Assembly: GCA_030141605.1 (NCBI GenBank)
Contig: JAQGDQ010000171.1
Span: 384,626 to 448,625, forward strand
DNA length: 64,000 nt
Reading direction: 5' to 3'
Source of the DNA: Tubiluchus corallicola
Taxonomy: Eukaryota; Animalia; Priapulida
In this document: in pieces, positions 38,453 to 57,304 of the stretch
Layout: every line of letters begins with the position of its first letter
Numbering within the stretch: position 1 is the first letter of the stretch
Position numbers and translations under genes: made by a program
The notes under the pieces: model-generated
Databases searched by the model: none
What the model was told of the DNA's origin: nothing
Seen by the model: only the letters and a program-made list of their open reading frames with translations

Positions 38453-39537
38453 GTCTTAATTTTTTGGTCTTTCTTGGTTCCCTGCGCAAGCTTATCCTTG
38501 AATGACGACGAAATACATTTAGTTTTTATATTTGGTCAAAAATTGGTCTCTCATTATATCGTGATACTTTAGTTTAACTTCTAAAAAAGCAATGACACAT
38601 TTCCTGACGTTCATAATGCAATTTCGAGAACACTTTTAAATGAATTATTATTGTTGTCGTTGTCATTATCATTACCGTAATCATCGTCATTATCATTGGT
38701 ATTATCATCATCATTATTATTATTATCATCATTATTATTAACAAACTACAATCTTATTCACTAGGCCTATACGAATTGGCCAACCGATAAAATTTCTCAA
38801 AATTTATTGCAATTTTTACTTAAGAAAAGATGATTTATTAAAAAAAATTTTTAAAAAAATTAATAACTGTGCTGTTTTGGGCGCCTATATTTCTATAAGC
38901 CTAAGAATAGAAGCTTAGCTGCTCCGTGTGAACATGTTAGGATATTTTGTTTCTGTGATTTCGAATTTTAAGATTTTTTGACGCCTAGTTGAACATACTA
39001 AGATTAAGGTAGGCCTATTAGCACTAACTCTAGCCAGGAAGATGCATAATAGTTAAAAGGTTAACGAAATTATGAGCGACCATCGTTTGTGTCAATCTTC
39101 AAGCACCACATTGGACAATTCTAGTACACCTGTGTGCTAGATTTCTGTTTACTTCCCATGGTGATAAAAGCGTAGCACACTCATAAGTTGCTGTTATACA
39201 TTTGCACTGCAGTTTCTACTAACAGCACACAGATTGGAGTCTGCTAAGCAAAGCCATAATCATGCGCTAGTCCCACGGAGATAAACGGCATTCCATTTAA
39301 TTGTGTCTAATTACCTTGAATACATTAATATTATACATATATTACATTTATGGGAATATAAGGGTATAGCTAGTGTTGTTACCATTACAGAGCACATTCA
39401 ATAATGGCATACTACTTGTTATTTGCTAGTTGTTATTTGTTACTATATCAATTTATTTTCTACAAGTCTGTTTATTCATTACTTATTTAGCTTTTGTTAA
39501 ATACATAACTAGTGCATAATGTTCTATACTGTAGGCT

Positions 39538-39676
39538 CTACCTATATAAACTGATTGTACGTTTGTAAAATTTATTACTGGTGATGATAGCAGTAGCTCT
39601 GTCAAAACGTTTGCCATGGTTTTTTTAACTATGTAAATTAAACGTTTTAATAAATTTATGGTGTTTTCACTATAAA
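39538..39676 (+). mobile_element. Decayed solo copy of the 28.1-28.4 kb repeat arm
   Basis: CCTATATAAACTGATTGTACGTTTGTAAA..CTGGTGATGATAGCAGTAGCTCTGTCAAAACGTTTG..GTTTTCACTATAA aligns to 28282-28406. Confidence 0.7.
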
Positions 39677-40570
39677 TACTATATTACTGTTAACAAATTA
39701 TTTGAAAATCATACTATTCAGACTGATTTGTTGATTAGTATGCTAACTAACTTACTAGCCAGTCAATTAACTGAAACAGTTTGACTAACAAATAGCTAAG
39801 TTTCAAATCATAGGTTTAGCATCCTCCATTCTTTAGACAAGCGCCTCTAAACACTTAATTGTAAAATTGAATTCAGCCGGAAAAGCAACATCCGTTAAAT
39901 TTGCTTAATGCAACTAAATACCCAAATTCTTCATATCTTTAAACAGTTAATGCGAAGCGCAAAAAACTAGTCTGCTTAATGAAGTCTATATATAGGCAGG
40001 AAAGCGAGATATTCTATAGTATTGTGCCTGATGTCTTTTAGTAGAAGGGATATAAATGAAAACTCGGTATTACGTGAAATTTGAAGCAACTCTTCTTTAA
40101 AAGTGCAGAAATAATTGTAAAAGCTTGACGTCTAGTTTGCCGTCATTTGTTAAATGATTGATAAGGGATTGTTCAAGCTGCCTATGTCATGTTCTAATGT
40201 AATTCAAATCAGTCATTCATGCACTTGTTGATTTGTGGCAATATTAAAATATGAGTTAGACAGGTAGGTGCATTTCAAGACACAATGCCCAAGTCATTTT
40301 CTGACGTCAGCATGAAAGTAAATTTTGACAAAACTGAAGTTTTAATTGAAAAATGAAAGACTGAGCCGCAGGCAGATAGAATTCGAATTAAACTTTTTTT
40401 ACTGATCGTGACCTACGGGGTTTGTATGGATTGGTTCGTTTAAAATCGCTGTTAATAAATGGATCCATTGGTTTTCTCATGAAATGACTCTTATACTCCT
40501 TTCTAGCTTCTCTCCTTTCCGTCTCCCTTTTCTCTCCTCCTTTCTGCTTTCCACTCTTCTTTCCGACTAC

Positions 40571-40796
<226 letters not shown>

Positions 40797-41349
40797 AGAT
40801 CATTAAACGATGAAAATAAGAAAATTGCAGGACGATGAACCATTATATTTGCCGTTGCAGTTTTGCATAATTTAGCCATTTAAAATGAAAGTTTCTGTTT
40901 TCAGTTTTGGTTCCTGGCTACAGCTGTGAAGATGGATAAATGATGTCGTATCCCAGTGTGACCGAGATGAACGTCACGTCGACTTCTTGTAAGACGTTTT
41001 ATTCCGTACTTTCGACAAAATGAACAAATACTATTTTCGTCATCTGTCTTTCGACCAGGCTTTCTGAAACGTCTTTACCTGCCAAACATACGTACATACA
41101 TACAAACAGACATACATACACACGAATAAACAAACAAACAAAAATGTTTGTGCCTGACATATTTGGGTTTAGCAAACTTTTCATTGTATGGTTGTTTGCT
41201 GACTTATTCGTCTGCTAGATTATTCAGTTATTTATACTTTTATTTATACCATCATAGCCAGTTAGTTATTTTTGTTAGTTTTTTTTCCGCAAAAATCGGC
41301 TAAAACAACGACTGGTGGTCACTAAAGGTCAATGACAGTGAAAGCATAA

Positions 41350-42127
41350 AAAAATCAAATTTGAGATGGAATTCATGTCACTAATTTATTAGTGAAAAAA
41401 GACATGTAAAAGTCAATTATGAATTAGAAGATTATTTAAAAATTACTTCTAAAAAGAAACTGAGACAAAATATTACAAAATTACGTTTCAGTGACCATGA
41501 CCTGGAAATACAGCGCGGTAGAAATAAAAAAGGGGGATGAAAGGTTTTGTCAATACTGTCACAACAATAGCTCAAAATTAGTAGGACACGAATTATATTA
41601 CCCTTTTACTTGTCCTTTGTACGAAGATATTAGACAAAAATGTGAGCACAAAATGTGTAATCTATATTTACAAAAAGGTAATGTATACTCAGTAAGGTGG
41701 CTTTTTCTAAATACAAACCCAGAAGACCTTGTTCACTTTGGAAACTATCTAAACGAATGTGATAAAAAAGGAGTTATATCTTGGTGGCAATCTGTGAGCG
41801 CGGGTAAACCTTGTGCTGTGATCGTGCAATTTAATCTCGTTTGTGATTATTTTAATTATTTAGGTTTTGTGTTTGCACTAGTTCTTTGTAGTTGTAGCAT
41901 GAAATATGATTTCATAAGAAAATAACGTGATTTCATAAGAGCACATAATTTCTTATTAGATTTAAGTAGCCTATTTAAATAAGTTGTACAAACTCACGTT
42001 TTTGCACCGTTGCAAAATTGCATTTGATATAATTTGTATTTGTTTTTGTAGTTTGATTTTTTTGTAATTATAATTTTTTGCCATGGTACATTGTTGTATT
42101 TGTGCAATAAAATTGAATTGAATTGAT
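41350..42127 (+). mobile_element. LINE 3' end with C-terminal Cys-rich motif, 3' UTR and (TTGAA)n tail
   Basis: ERFCQYCHN..GHELYYPFTCPLYEDIR, then tail GCAATAAAATTGAATTGAATTG. The same 3' end recurs at about 20800-20883. Confidence 0.65.
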
Positions 42128-44041
42128 TACAAATCAGATGTAAGCTGCATGGTAAAAGTTATACGCAACTGCGTTTATCCAACAATAAGCTGATATTCTT
42201 CTTGAGGCTCAGGGAAACAATTTCATCGTAGGGGATTCCGTAGCAAAGAAGGCCGAGGAAAAAACTACATTTAAAAGCAGCTAAACTGCGTTTAGTAGAA
42301 ATGTCCTGGTAGGTGCTGTCATCTAGGAACAATTGACGAAAAGTTCTGAAAGGATATTCAATGCAAGTAGCGATAAAAGACGCTTAGCTGACGTTTAAGA
42401 ACAAGAGACCGTAGGCTGCCCCAAATCAAACACAACCAGTTTGACAATTCACTTTTGCAAGCTGCAGCACCAGCCCAGATGTGACTGCATTATTTCTTGC
42501 AAGGTCAAATTGTTGATTTGCAGTATTTCATGTAAGATGTAATAATCTATTAGCAGTATATCATACAAGGTCAAAAGTGGTCAATTTGCAATGATAAGAT
42601 ATATAGCTTCAGAGTCAGAAAATTACGGGTACAGTGTCTCACTTTTTTCGATAAGTTCTCAGCCACCTCTATAATTCTGCTAACTGAAATTGGAACACAA
42701 GTCGAGCCCAAGTAAGAGAAAAAGCAATTTTAGCAGGCAACGTGATCAGGATACATGCTTCGACTATTTCACAAAACAGTTTCGCTCCCTGTTCAAAGCC
42801 AGTTAAATCCTTTCAAACAAATGAGAAATTTCTAGCCGCGCTTTGCCAAGTGGCACATTTTGGAAAAATATTACTCAGAGCAGTATTGCCAGCATATATA
42901 GCGAGTTTAGATTATACATGGTTTACCTTGGATGAACAGCAGAAACAGAGAAGGGGCAATTACAAATTCCTGTCGTATACCAGAAAGTTGATTAATCATT
43001 AGCTACTAGCTACTTGTTGAATAATATGTTTGTTTGATATGTAGATTATGCTGGTGGAATGCTTGTACCCTTGTATGCTAGTTTGTTTTATGCTAGATTA
43101 AAATTTTGAATGAATATATAAACAAAATTCAGTTACATTAACACTCTGAATGCAAATCGAACACGCCACATACATGTGCTCCTAACTAATCGTAATGCAG
43201 TAACAACTAATCAGCATCTTGGTTATTAACTTCATCGTTGCAAAACAGGCAAGCAAAAGTAATCTCTGATTCTCATTACCATGGCCCTAAATCACGTAAT
43301 TAAAGCTGGTTCTTGCAGATGTGCATGTTTACTGGCTGCATGTTCGATAATACCGTTATGCGCAACACGCTCGGCTAATAAATCCATAGTTGAGAAACCA
43401 TAGTTGTTACTAAAATCTCGAACACAATGATATGATTAATATGATTTAATTCCACGCATGACACGAGAAGCCTCAGCTCAGCCTAATAAGAGACCAGATT
43501 AAATTCACAAAACATAATTGAAAGTTGTTTAAAGAAATGTAATCTGTCTCTATGCCATGCGTTTTGAAAGCATAAAAGGTACCTGCAAAGGTGTACTATT
43601 TGTCAATAATTCTGCGTATTCTAGAGCATATCTGTCAGTTATTTCATTGAAAACAACTACTTCTACATTGAAGAATGTAAAAACCTTGAAAATATTAGAA
43701 AGAGAGTCAGTAAAGCTTTAAATGTCGATTGAACCATTGTCCTTCGGTAGTAAACACTTAATCAATCGTATAAAATAAGCAGCCCATTTGCCTACAAATT
43801 ATATTCTGATTGTTGTGGCTACCAGCTTATATTAGCCAAAGTTAGAACGTCCATACATTTAGTCTAGCAACAAATAAAAGACAAAGTCAATATTTATTTA
43901 CCGTAACTCATTTAACAGACAACATTAGCACTAACGACTATTTAGGGACTTGCACTACAGGTAACAATAACTACAACAATACAGGTAAGGACGCAACGCA
44001 CAAATAACGAATAACATGAAAGGTATATTTTCTGGCGTTTA

Positions 44042-44112
44042 CAGCCGCAAGTATCGAACTTAGGACTGCGTGGTTGCAGTCCGAAATCTAAACCACTCGG
44101 CCACACAAACCC
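44042..44112 (-). pseudogene. tRNA-derived remnant / SINE head
   Basis: Minus-strand A box TGGCCGAGTGG and B-box-like AGTTCGATAC at tRNA spacing. The stems pair poorly. Confidence 0.45.
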
Positions 44113-44889
44113 AGGACGATGCAATCTCATGTTCAATAAAAAACATCTTCATAAACTCTAATCATTGTAAAATGTAAACTGTTTCAACCTGATATAGTTT
44201 CAATCGGATCTGATGAGCCTCATCATTTAAAATTTTAATTGATTTTTTTATTTCATAATATTGCAAATCTATGTGCACTTTGTGCTGTAAGTTTGATTAA
44301 ACGGAATTAAACTAAATTATCGAGATAGTGCAATTTTACATGTACACATTATGATGATCCGAACTACCTTCTACTTAAAATAAATAACGCTTGTGCCTAT
44401 GCTAACTATGGTGAATGGATTACCCTAAGGCGCTCACTTTGTCAGAAAGCTTAAACAGCGTGCCTGTAATCCAAAATGTGCAAGCAGCCTAGCAAAACTA
44501 ACAAGCAAACGACAAGAAGCAAATTGCTTGACAATCTGTGATTCCTGAGCCTCACTTATCCGTAGTGCAATACAGGAAAAAAATGTATGCAATTTCAATA
44601 GCTGCAGTCGAGCAAAAAGAAAGCAAAAAAGGAAAAGATGAAGGAAGAAGCAAAAAGATAAGGGAGAGGCAGAGATTGAAAGAGAGAGATGGGGAGAGAG
44701 GGAATGCGAAAGCAAGGAACAAAGGAGGAATAAGAAAGAAATTGGCAGACTGGCAACGAAAGATGGAAAAGAAATTATTTTAAAAAGAATTATGAAGAAA
44801 ATCAGGACAAGATGACTGTAGACAAAAATCAAAACTCTGGGCAACGGTTAGGTAAATTAGTAAGGAAAGAGACTAAAGGAATTGGCAGA

Positions 44890-45161
44890 AAGATAGATAG
44901 ATAGGTAGGTATGAGTATAGGTAGTAAACAGGCACGTAGTTGGTAGACAGATCGGTAGAGTAGGTAGGTAGTACGTGCGTAGAGTAGTAGATAAATACGG
45001 GGTACTAGGTAGGTAAGACTGGTAGGGAGGTAGGTAGGTAGGTAGGTAGGTAGGTAGGTAGTAGGTAGGTAGGTAGATAGGTAGGTAGGTAGGTAGGTAG
45101 GTAGATAGATAGGAAGGCAGGCAGGCAGGCAGGCAGGCAGACGGGTAAGTAGGTAGGTATG
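44890..45161. repeat. Compound (GGTA)n/(GATA)n/(GGCA)n microsatellite
   Basis: Directly visible. Confidence 0.93.
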
Positions 45162-45258
45162 GATAACTACGCGTGCAGATAATTGCTGAAGATATATGCA
45201 GCACAGAAAGAAAGAAATACATATATACCTATCTAGATAACCTGCAACTTTTTTTTAG

Positions 45259-50940
<5,682 letters not shown>

Positions 50941-50945
<5 letters not shown>

Positions 50946-51009
50946 TAGCGTACCGTTAACTGTGTTGATGTGTTGTGATAGCGTACCGTTAACTGCGTTG
51001 ATGTGTTGT
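50941..51009. repeat. 33-bp tandem duplication spanning the opsin stop codon
   Basis: TGTGATAGCGTACCGTTAACTGYGTTGATGTGT occurs twice with one mismatch. Confidence 0.93.
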
Positions 51010-53212
51010 CTGTTGTGCTTTCACTGCATTTGCACAATCGTTTTATTGCAACTTTTCGTGTGTTGCTTGGCAAACAGACGGGACGGTGCATTGTTTAGTG
51101 TACATATAGATATTATAAGTTGCTCACACACTTTCGCATATCGATTTTTAGAGCGTTTTTTCAAAGTCCAAACCAGGAGAACAACTAAATGTTAACATGA
51201 TTACCGGGTGAGTACTTAAGGTCTATGTCCGGGGTTGTAAAAACAATGATCAATAGTACGAACAATTTATTTCATTAAAGTTTTACTCGGTCAAATAAAG
51301 ACTCTGTCATGCCTTTAATATTTACGTTGAAAGCTTCATATATCTCGTACAGCCTGTAACCTTGCGAAGGTATGAGCGGAGTAGCAACTTGCTACTACTA
51401 CTCGTTTTTTCATGCCCCTAGTAAAAAGTTACCTTTAATCATGTAAACAGAAAAAAATTAGTACAGATAGTGCAAGTGTTTCTCTGCAAAGCACTAATGA
51501 AATACAAATACAAAAAGACGGTGCTTGCGGACATATATTTGAATTTTTCCTTATGTGTTTAATTTTGTGAAAATTGCCTACTTTACCTTATCCCAAAATT
51601 TTCTTTTATACCACCATCACGTGTTCACAGATAGAAAAATGGGAAATAATAATATTTCAAAGGGGAAGCGTTTCCAAACAAATGGTCTAGCAATATCATC
51701 AAGAGACAGCAAAACAATGTCACCTTTATGTATATAAGAAAACTAGAATGAAACTGGAATGTATTGCGTATTACTTAGCTTTTGCATAACGAATATTTGA
51801 GGCTTTCAAATCGTGTATATTAAACGCTTGAGTTGATTATTGCTCATATGCTTCTTCCACGTGACAAGTATTGTAATTACCATAAGCAGTATTACCTACT
51901 GGCAGCACAATTACCATAAGCATAATTACCATAAGCATGAGCCACATACAAGAAGCACAAGCAACAAGTTAAAAGCAATCTATTATACACAAAGGATGAT
52001 CTCTGTCACGGCCATGCGATTCTTGACCGCTAGCTAACTGGCCGATATACAGGGCCATTCATCATTATAAGATTTTGAACAATATAGAAAACATTGGACA
52101 ATATGCATTACGTACAAGGTCATTCTATCTAGGCTAATGTAGGCCCACTTCATTCAGGTACCGATTTTCTGTTGAACGGATGTCTATCCAGGCCGTTTTT
52201 ATCTGGTAGACATAGTTGGTACCTTTCTTCGGTTCGTCATATGTTTGAGACACGTTTTGTTCTCAAGTTTTATTTTGGCCTTAATGGCAAAATTCAGTTG
52301 ATGTCCTGTGAGAGACAATAGTTAAATGCACAATGTTGTATCGACAACCGTTACGTAGCACCAGCACGACTCAGGAATGAAGTAATTGTCTTGTCATGCT
52401 TCTTCACTTAGAGGAGCTCTTGAACAACCCACTCTGTGAGGGATTCTGAAACTTTCGGAGCATTGGTGGCATCCTGGTTCACATAGTGGTGGAGTCCGCA
52501 GCATCCTGGTTACGCTATTCGGCGGCGGAGCAGGCGCAACGATACGACTACGATTCCAGATTAAACTATTTGTGGCGTGTAAGTACTCATGGATCGGCTA
52601 CACGGTGGAGCATCCTCCTTATTCCAGTATAAGATTGTGGATTTTGAACTGTGAACCGTCCTTAGTGCATCCTGGAAGAGCCGGTCATCGGGATCTACAT
52701 ATAAACATGAGTATACTCCTTGCAGCTTGTTAAATCTGGGCCCAATAGGTATTATTTTCTCCTGTATGTACAATTGTTTTTGCTTTGTTCTTGTTTAATA
52801 ATATACTGTATGATTTGCACAACATCCAGGTGTTTAACAGTTCTATTTCAAAATTTGTGAAAACGTTTTACGATTAACAACTCGATGATTATATTTAGTA
52901 AAATAATCGAGTCCTATAGGCCCAACATGAACCCAAACGCTTGGTGATGAAATTAGTAGAAATGGTTACCTTGACATGTTAGCAAATTCGAGCTCTGTCT
53001 GTTTAGTGTTTCCTGTTTAGGTATTCACATTCACGGAGAACATGTGGCCCGGCCTTGAGATTTGAGACACTGATGCTAAATTACCCTAGACCAGTTATAA
53101 TATATTAGTTTTATTCTCACAAACCGTCACAATCTCTTTAAGAATTTTATTTGCTCATATATATATATATATATATAGCATTCTCGTTTTTTACTTTACC
53201 AGTGTCGCAGGT

Positions 53213-53414
53213 AACATACTTCTCTGTATAACGATAATAATTAACAAAAATTTACATGCATATTGTTGCACAGGTAAAAATGGCACAGAAAAAAACGACA
53301 CAGAGGGAAAAGTAGGATGTTATTAAACAATCCTAAACTTATTCGTCTAGTTAAGTCATCGTGATCGTATTGTTGACGATGAGACAATGCATACATCAAG
53401 TAACGACCCTATAT
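53213..53414. repeat. About 200-bp dispersed direct repeat, copy 1
   Basis: Highly similar to 55029-55228. Contains GGTAAAAATGGCACAG subrepeats. Confidence 0.9.
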
Positions 53415-54393
53415 GTATGTATATGTATATGTGTGTGTGTGTGTGTGCGTGTGCGTGTGCGTGTGCGTGTGCGTGTGTGTGTGTATCAAGCACCTGTTTG
53501 ATGCAGTATAAAGACATTTCTTTGAAGAACGGCAGCATAATGTGCCTATATTCTGTATTTACTTTGCTTGAATAGAAAAGTTGAAGGCAGAAAAGGAAAA
53601 GGTGTTTATAGTTTTACGCATGCCTTATTTCAACGAGATTATTTATTTGCTTATATATTTATATTTATTTAACGTTAGTCTAGTTGCAAAAGGCAATTTA
53701 AAACACGGAGAGATCGAAATCGGAAGTAATCATGTACGCCCGTTCATAAAATACAGGTCTCGCTGTATTGCCTATTAATGTTATTGTCCAGTTCATATTT
53801 TTGTTGCACTGTTATGTTCAACAAGAATAAAAAGTTTAACCAATGGTTTTCAACGCTCGTAAAGTGTTTGAATAAAATGTTGTTATAATAAAAAAATTTT
53901 GTATTTGTCGTCAAAAATTGTTTTTGGAAGAGACATATATATATTCTATTTTTCCGGTGTTTATAGCATTCCTGATAGAAAATTTTTAACGCTTCACTAA
54001 TGAATCCACATCCATTGTCTTATTTTAGTACAAGTTATCTACAGTTCCGTTTGGAACACACACAGCAGACGCGCTATAGAGAGCTTTTAATACTGAAGAT
54101 ATGAATGAATTACATGTATATTAAACTCTACTTCCATCTATCGGCATCAATTGGAGCGTGATAGGAACTGTGCCTACTTTTAATATCTTATACTACCGCA
54201 GTGAAGCTGTGAATAGACTGATGGTCAAAATCGTTTGTTTAGTTTCGGGTCTACACATAAAATAAAGCCAAACACAAAATGCAAACTAATTTTAAGCTTT
54301 GATGTGACGCCGGAAGCCTTTAACTGTCATCTGCACGGGTTCGGCTTTTACTTCTTGTTCGATTAGTAAATGATCAGGGTTCATTAAAACACT

Positions 54394-54407
54394 GTTTCTA
54401 TGGCAAC
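54394..54407. promoter_or_regulatory. Candidate RFX X-box
   Basis: GTTTCTATGGCAAC matches the X-box palindrome. A weaker second match GTACCCCGGGGCAAC is at 54806-54820, and TGACG plus CCGGAAG occur near 54305-54316. Confidence 0.35.
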
Positions 54408-55028
54408 CAGTGTGGTAATCAGTATACCATACACTGTTTCCTATTACTTATTTTGAGATTCGGCACAAATTAATTTGCTCACAATGTGAATGTGATGCAC
54501 GCACCTGTAACTTTAATCATTAGTCGGGACTAATTTGTTTGCTGTTATTAGGACATTCAAAACTCACAATTCTTGTCCCTGTAAAAATAATTATCTAGAC
54601 CGGCCAAGTCACAGACTTACTGAGCCTGAATCACTCGCGATTGATACTCAAGTCATGCTCTCACGCACAACCTTGTTAATCTCATGCAATCTCATTTCTC
54701 AATAATAGAAAAAAATATGGCTTCGTTGACCTGATTTGTAACGCGCTTGTTTTCACTCTCTGTACCTTTTCGGCATTGCACCAGGCTAGTAAAATTTCCC
54801 TTTCAGTACCCCGGGGCAACTAGGCGAGCAGGCAAAAGGTATTAATTTTGTAATAAGGTAAAAAGATATCAAGACATTAATTTGTAACTTCCTCATTGCT
54901 CTGTAACAAAATTATCTTGGCATTTACCTGTGTCGCCGCTAAACTTTGGCCTCTGTTTAAAATTACCTCTGAAGGCTCGTTTTCTCAAACTGGTGAAGCA
55001 ACCTGCCCTTCGAATGAGGCAAAATTCA

Positions 55029-55228
55029 AACATACTACCCTGTATAACGATAATAATTAACAAAAACTTACATGCAAATTGTGGCACAGGTAAAAATGGC
55101 ACAGGAAAAAACGACACAGAGGAAAAAGTATGATGTTATTAAACAATCCTAAACTTATTCGTCTAGTTAAGTCACCGTGATCGTATTATTGACGATGGGA
55201 CAATAATACATCAAGTAACGACCTTATA
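55029..55228. repeat. About 200-bp dispersed direct repeat, copy 2
   Basis: Highly similar to 53213-53414. Confidence 0.9.
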
Positions 55229-57019
55229 TTATGTGTCACTGCTGCCCAGAATTCAATTGTTGTGATATTATTTATAATTGGTGCAAAAATGGAGGTTAAA
55301 AATTAATACTTTGCCAAATAAAACGGAAGCTTTGGAACTTGGAATGATGACGTCCCAGAGTCTAACAAATTGAAAATGATCTACCTTACGTTCCAGCAAG
55401 GTGCTAGGTATATTACTAAATAAAATGTTAACTTTTGATGAACACTTTAATAATATTTGAAGGCCTGACATGGTTGGATAAATATAAAAAACAAATGCTG
55501 GAAATTTTCAAATTTAAAACTGAAAGCATTTACAAAACTTATTTGAAGCCACAGCGTAATGCCGATTATATTGTACTGTGCTGCCACCTAGACGGTCCGA
55601 AGACATTCTATTTTGCTGATATGATGCCACGAAGGTTAGGCTTCAGGTTGAAGTGGCAACCCGTCTAGAACTAAGTAGGAGATGCGGCTTGCCTCCACTA
55701 CTCTACTATAATTGTAAACGCAGTTAAATTTAAAAGAGTTCTATGATACAAATGATTGTTTGTTGAAACACGAAGTAGGTAGCTGGCCTCCATCCATAAA
55801 CCAGGAATATAAACACGTAATTAAAATTCACCTATCGAATGTTAAAAGTTTCCTGAGTTCCGAACGTGACTTTAATGCTTGAACAATTACCTTAGATGAG
55901 ATCTTATCTTTTATTATACCCAGAAACAAATAGTGGGTTTTTCTAATCATCTGTGAACAAGTAGAATTACTGCGAATGCCGAAATTTTAGGGGCCAAAAT
56001 ATATCAACAGAAATATAGACTGTAAAATGGTTGATCTCTCGTTAGCAGGTATGATATTGTAAAACAAGCAAAGCAAACGGAGCAGTGGCAAATAAATTGT
56101 GGCAAAACTTGCAAGGAATATTTGGCGACTAAATGTTCTTTTATGTATCATTGTAAAGTATTATAGCACGAAACAACAATTCCACACCGTTGTTACCAAA
56201 AAATGTTTTCTTCGATTAAATTTTTAATCGTTTTATTGTGGCGCCTGCAACATCGTATTTACTTTGCGCAAGAAATGAACAAGTTAAAATGATTATAGTC
56301 AAAGTTCTACCCTCATTTGCAACACGTAATATAGTAATATATCGGGTCTGTGCAGGGCACCAGTTTAGGTCATATGCACTATAAGTATTTCAACGAAATG
56401 AAAGTTAATATTAAAAACAGTAAGGCAGTTTTTATAGTAATAACGCGTTTGAAAAGCTAGGATGCTGCTTTATATTAGTTTGAAATTCAATCTCTTTTGG
56501 TCTCTTATAAACGTTACGCTTGTTGGTATTCACGTGCGAAGAGGAAGCTTATTGACAAAAAGTTTTTCATGCCGACCCAGCTGAATATATCCAGTGAGCT
56601 ATGAATTTTATGAAGAAAATGCTCACAAACGTAGTGTTTGTTGTTATTGGCGAAGACTTGACCTAGAGTAAAAAAATATCGAAGGACCTGGACGTTGCGT
56701 TTACACCAGGTCACAGCTAATTTGCAACTGACATGTGCATTTTCAGTCATTTCTGCTATCTGTGGGCACTTTCGGTTTCTGCTGTGGATATTTGTCTAAT
56801 GGAACTGCTATGATATACTACTACCATGGACTACTACTAAGACATGCATTCTGATGCGTACAGAAGCAAAACACACCGGTTTGCTGTAGATGATTATTGG
56901 ATACTTGAATGTATTGGACAACAGTGACAGGCTAGCATGACATTGTATACGTTAATTTAAATCTAAATATATCATAGTTCCACACATTAATCGGGTTACT
57001 CATTTTATTGTCTTTAACG

Positions 57020-57304
57020 GCGCATTTTAATATTCAGGCACAAAATTAATATCATTCCGTTACACAATACAAACCATACCACAACCGCGCATTTTAATGA
57101 TCCGCTTTTATTTAAAATGACTGGCACACAATTAATATCATTCCGTTACACAATACAAAGCATACCACAACCGCGCATTTTAATGATCAGCTTTCATTTA
57201 AAATGACTGGCACACAATTAATATCATTCCGTTACCAAATACAAAGCATACCACAACCGCGCATTTTAATATCATTCCGTTACACAATACAAACCATACC
57301 ACAA
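57020..57304. repeat. 86-bp minisatellite: two full units and two internally deleted units
   Basis: GCGCATTTTAAT starts at 57020, 57087, 57173 and 57259. Shared core TAATATCATTCCGTTACACAATACAAA. Confidence 0.92.
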
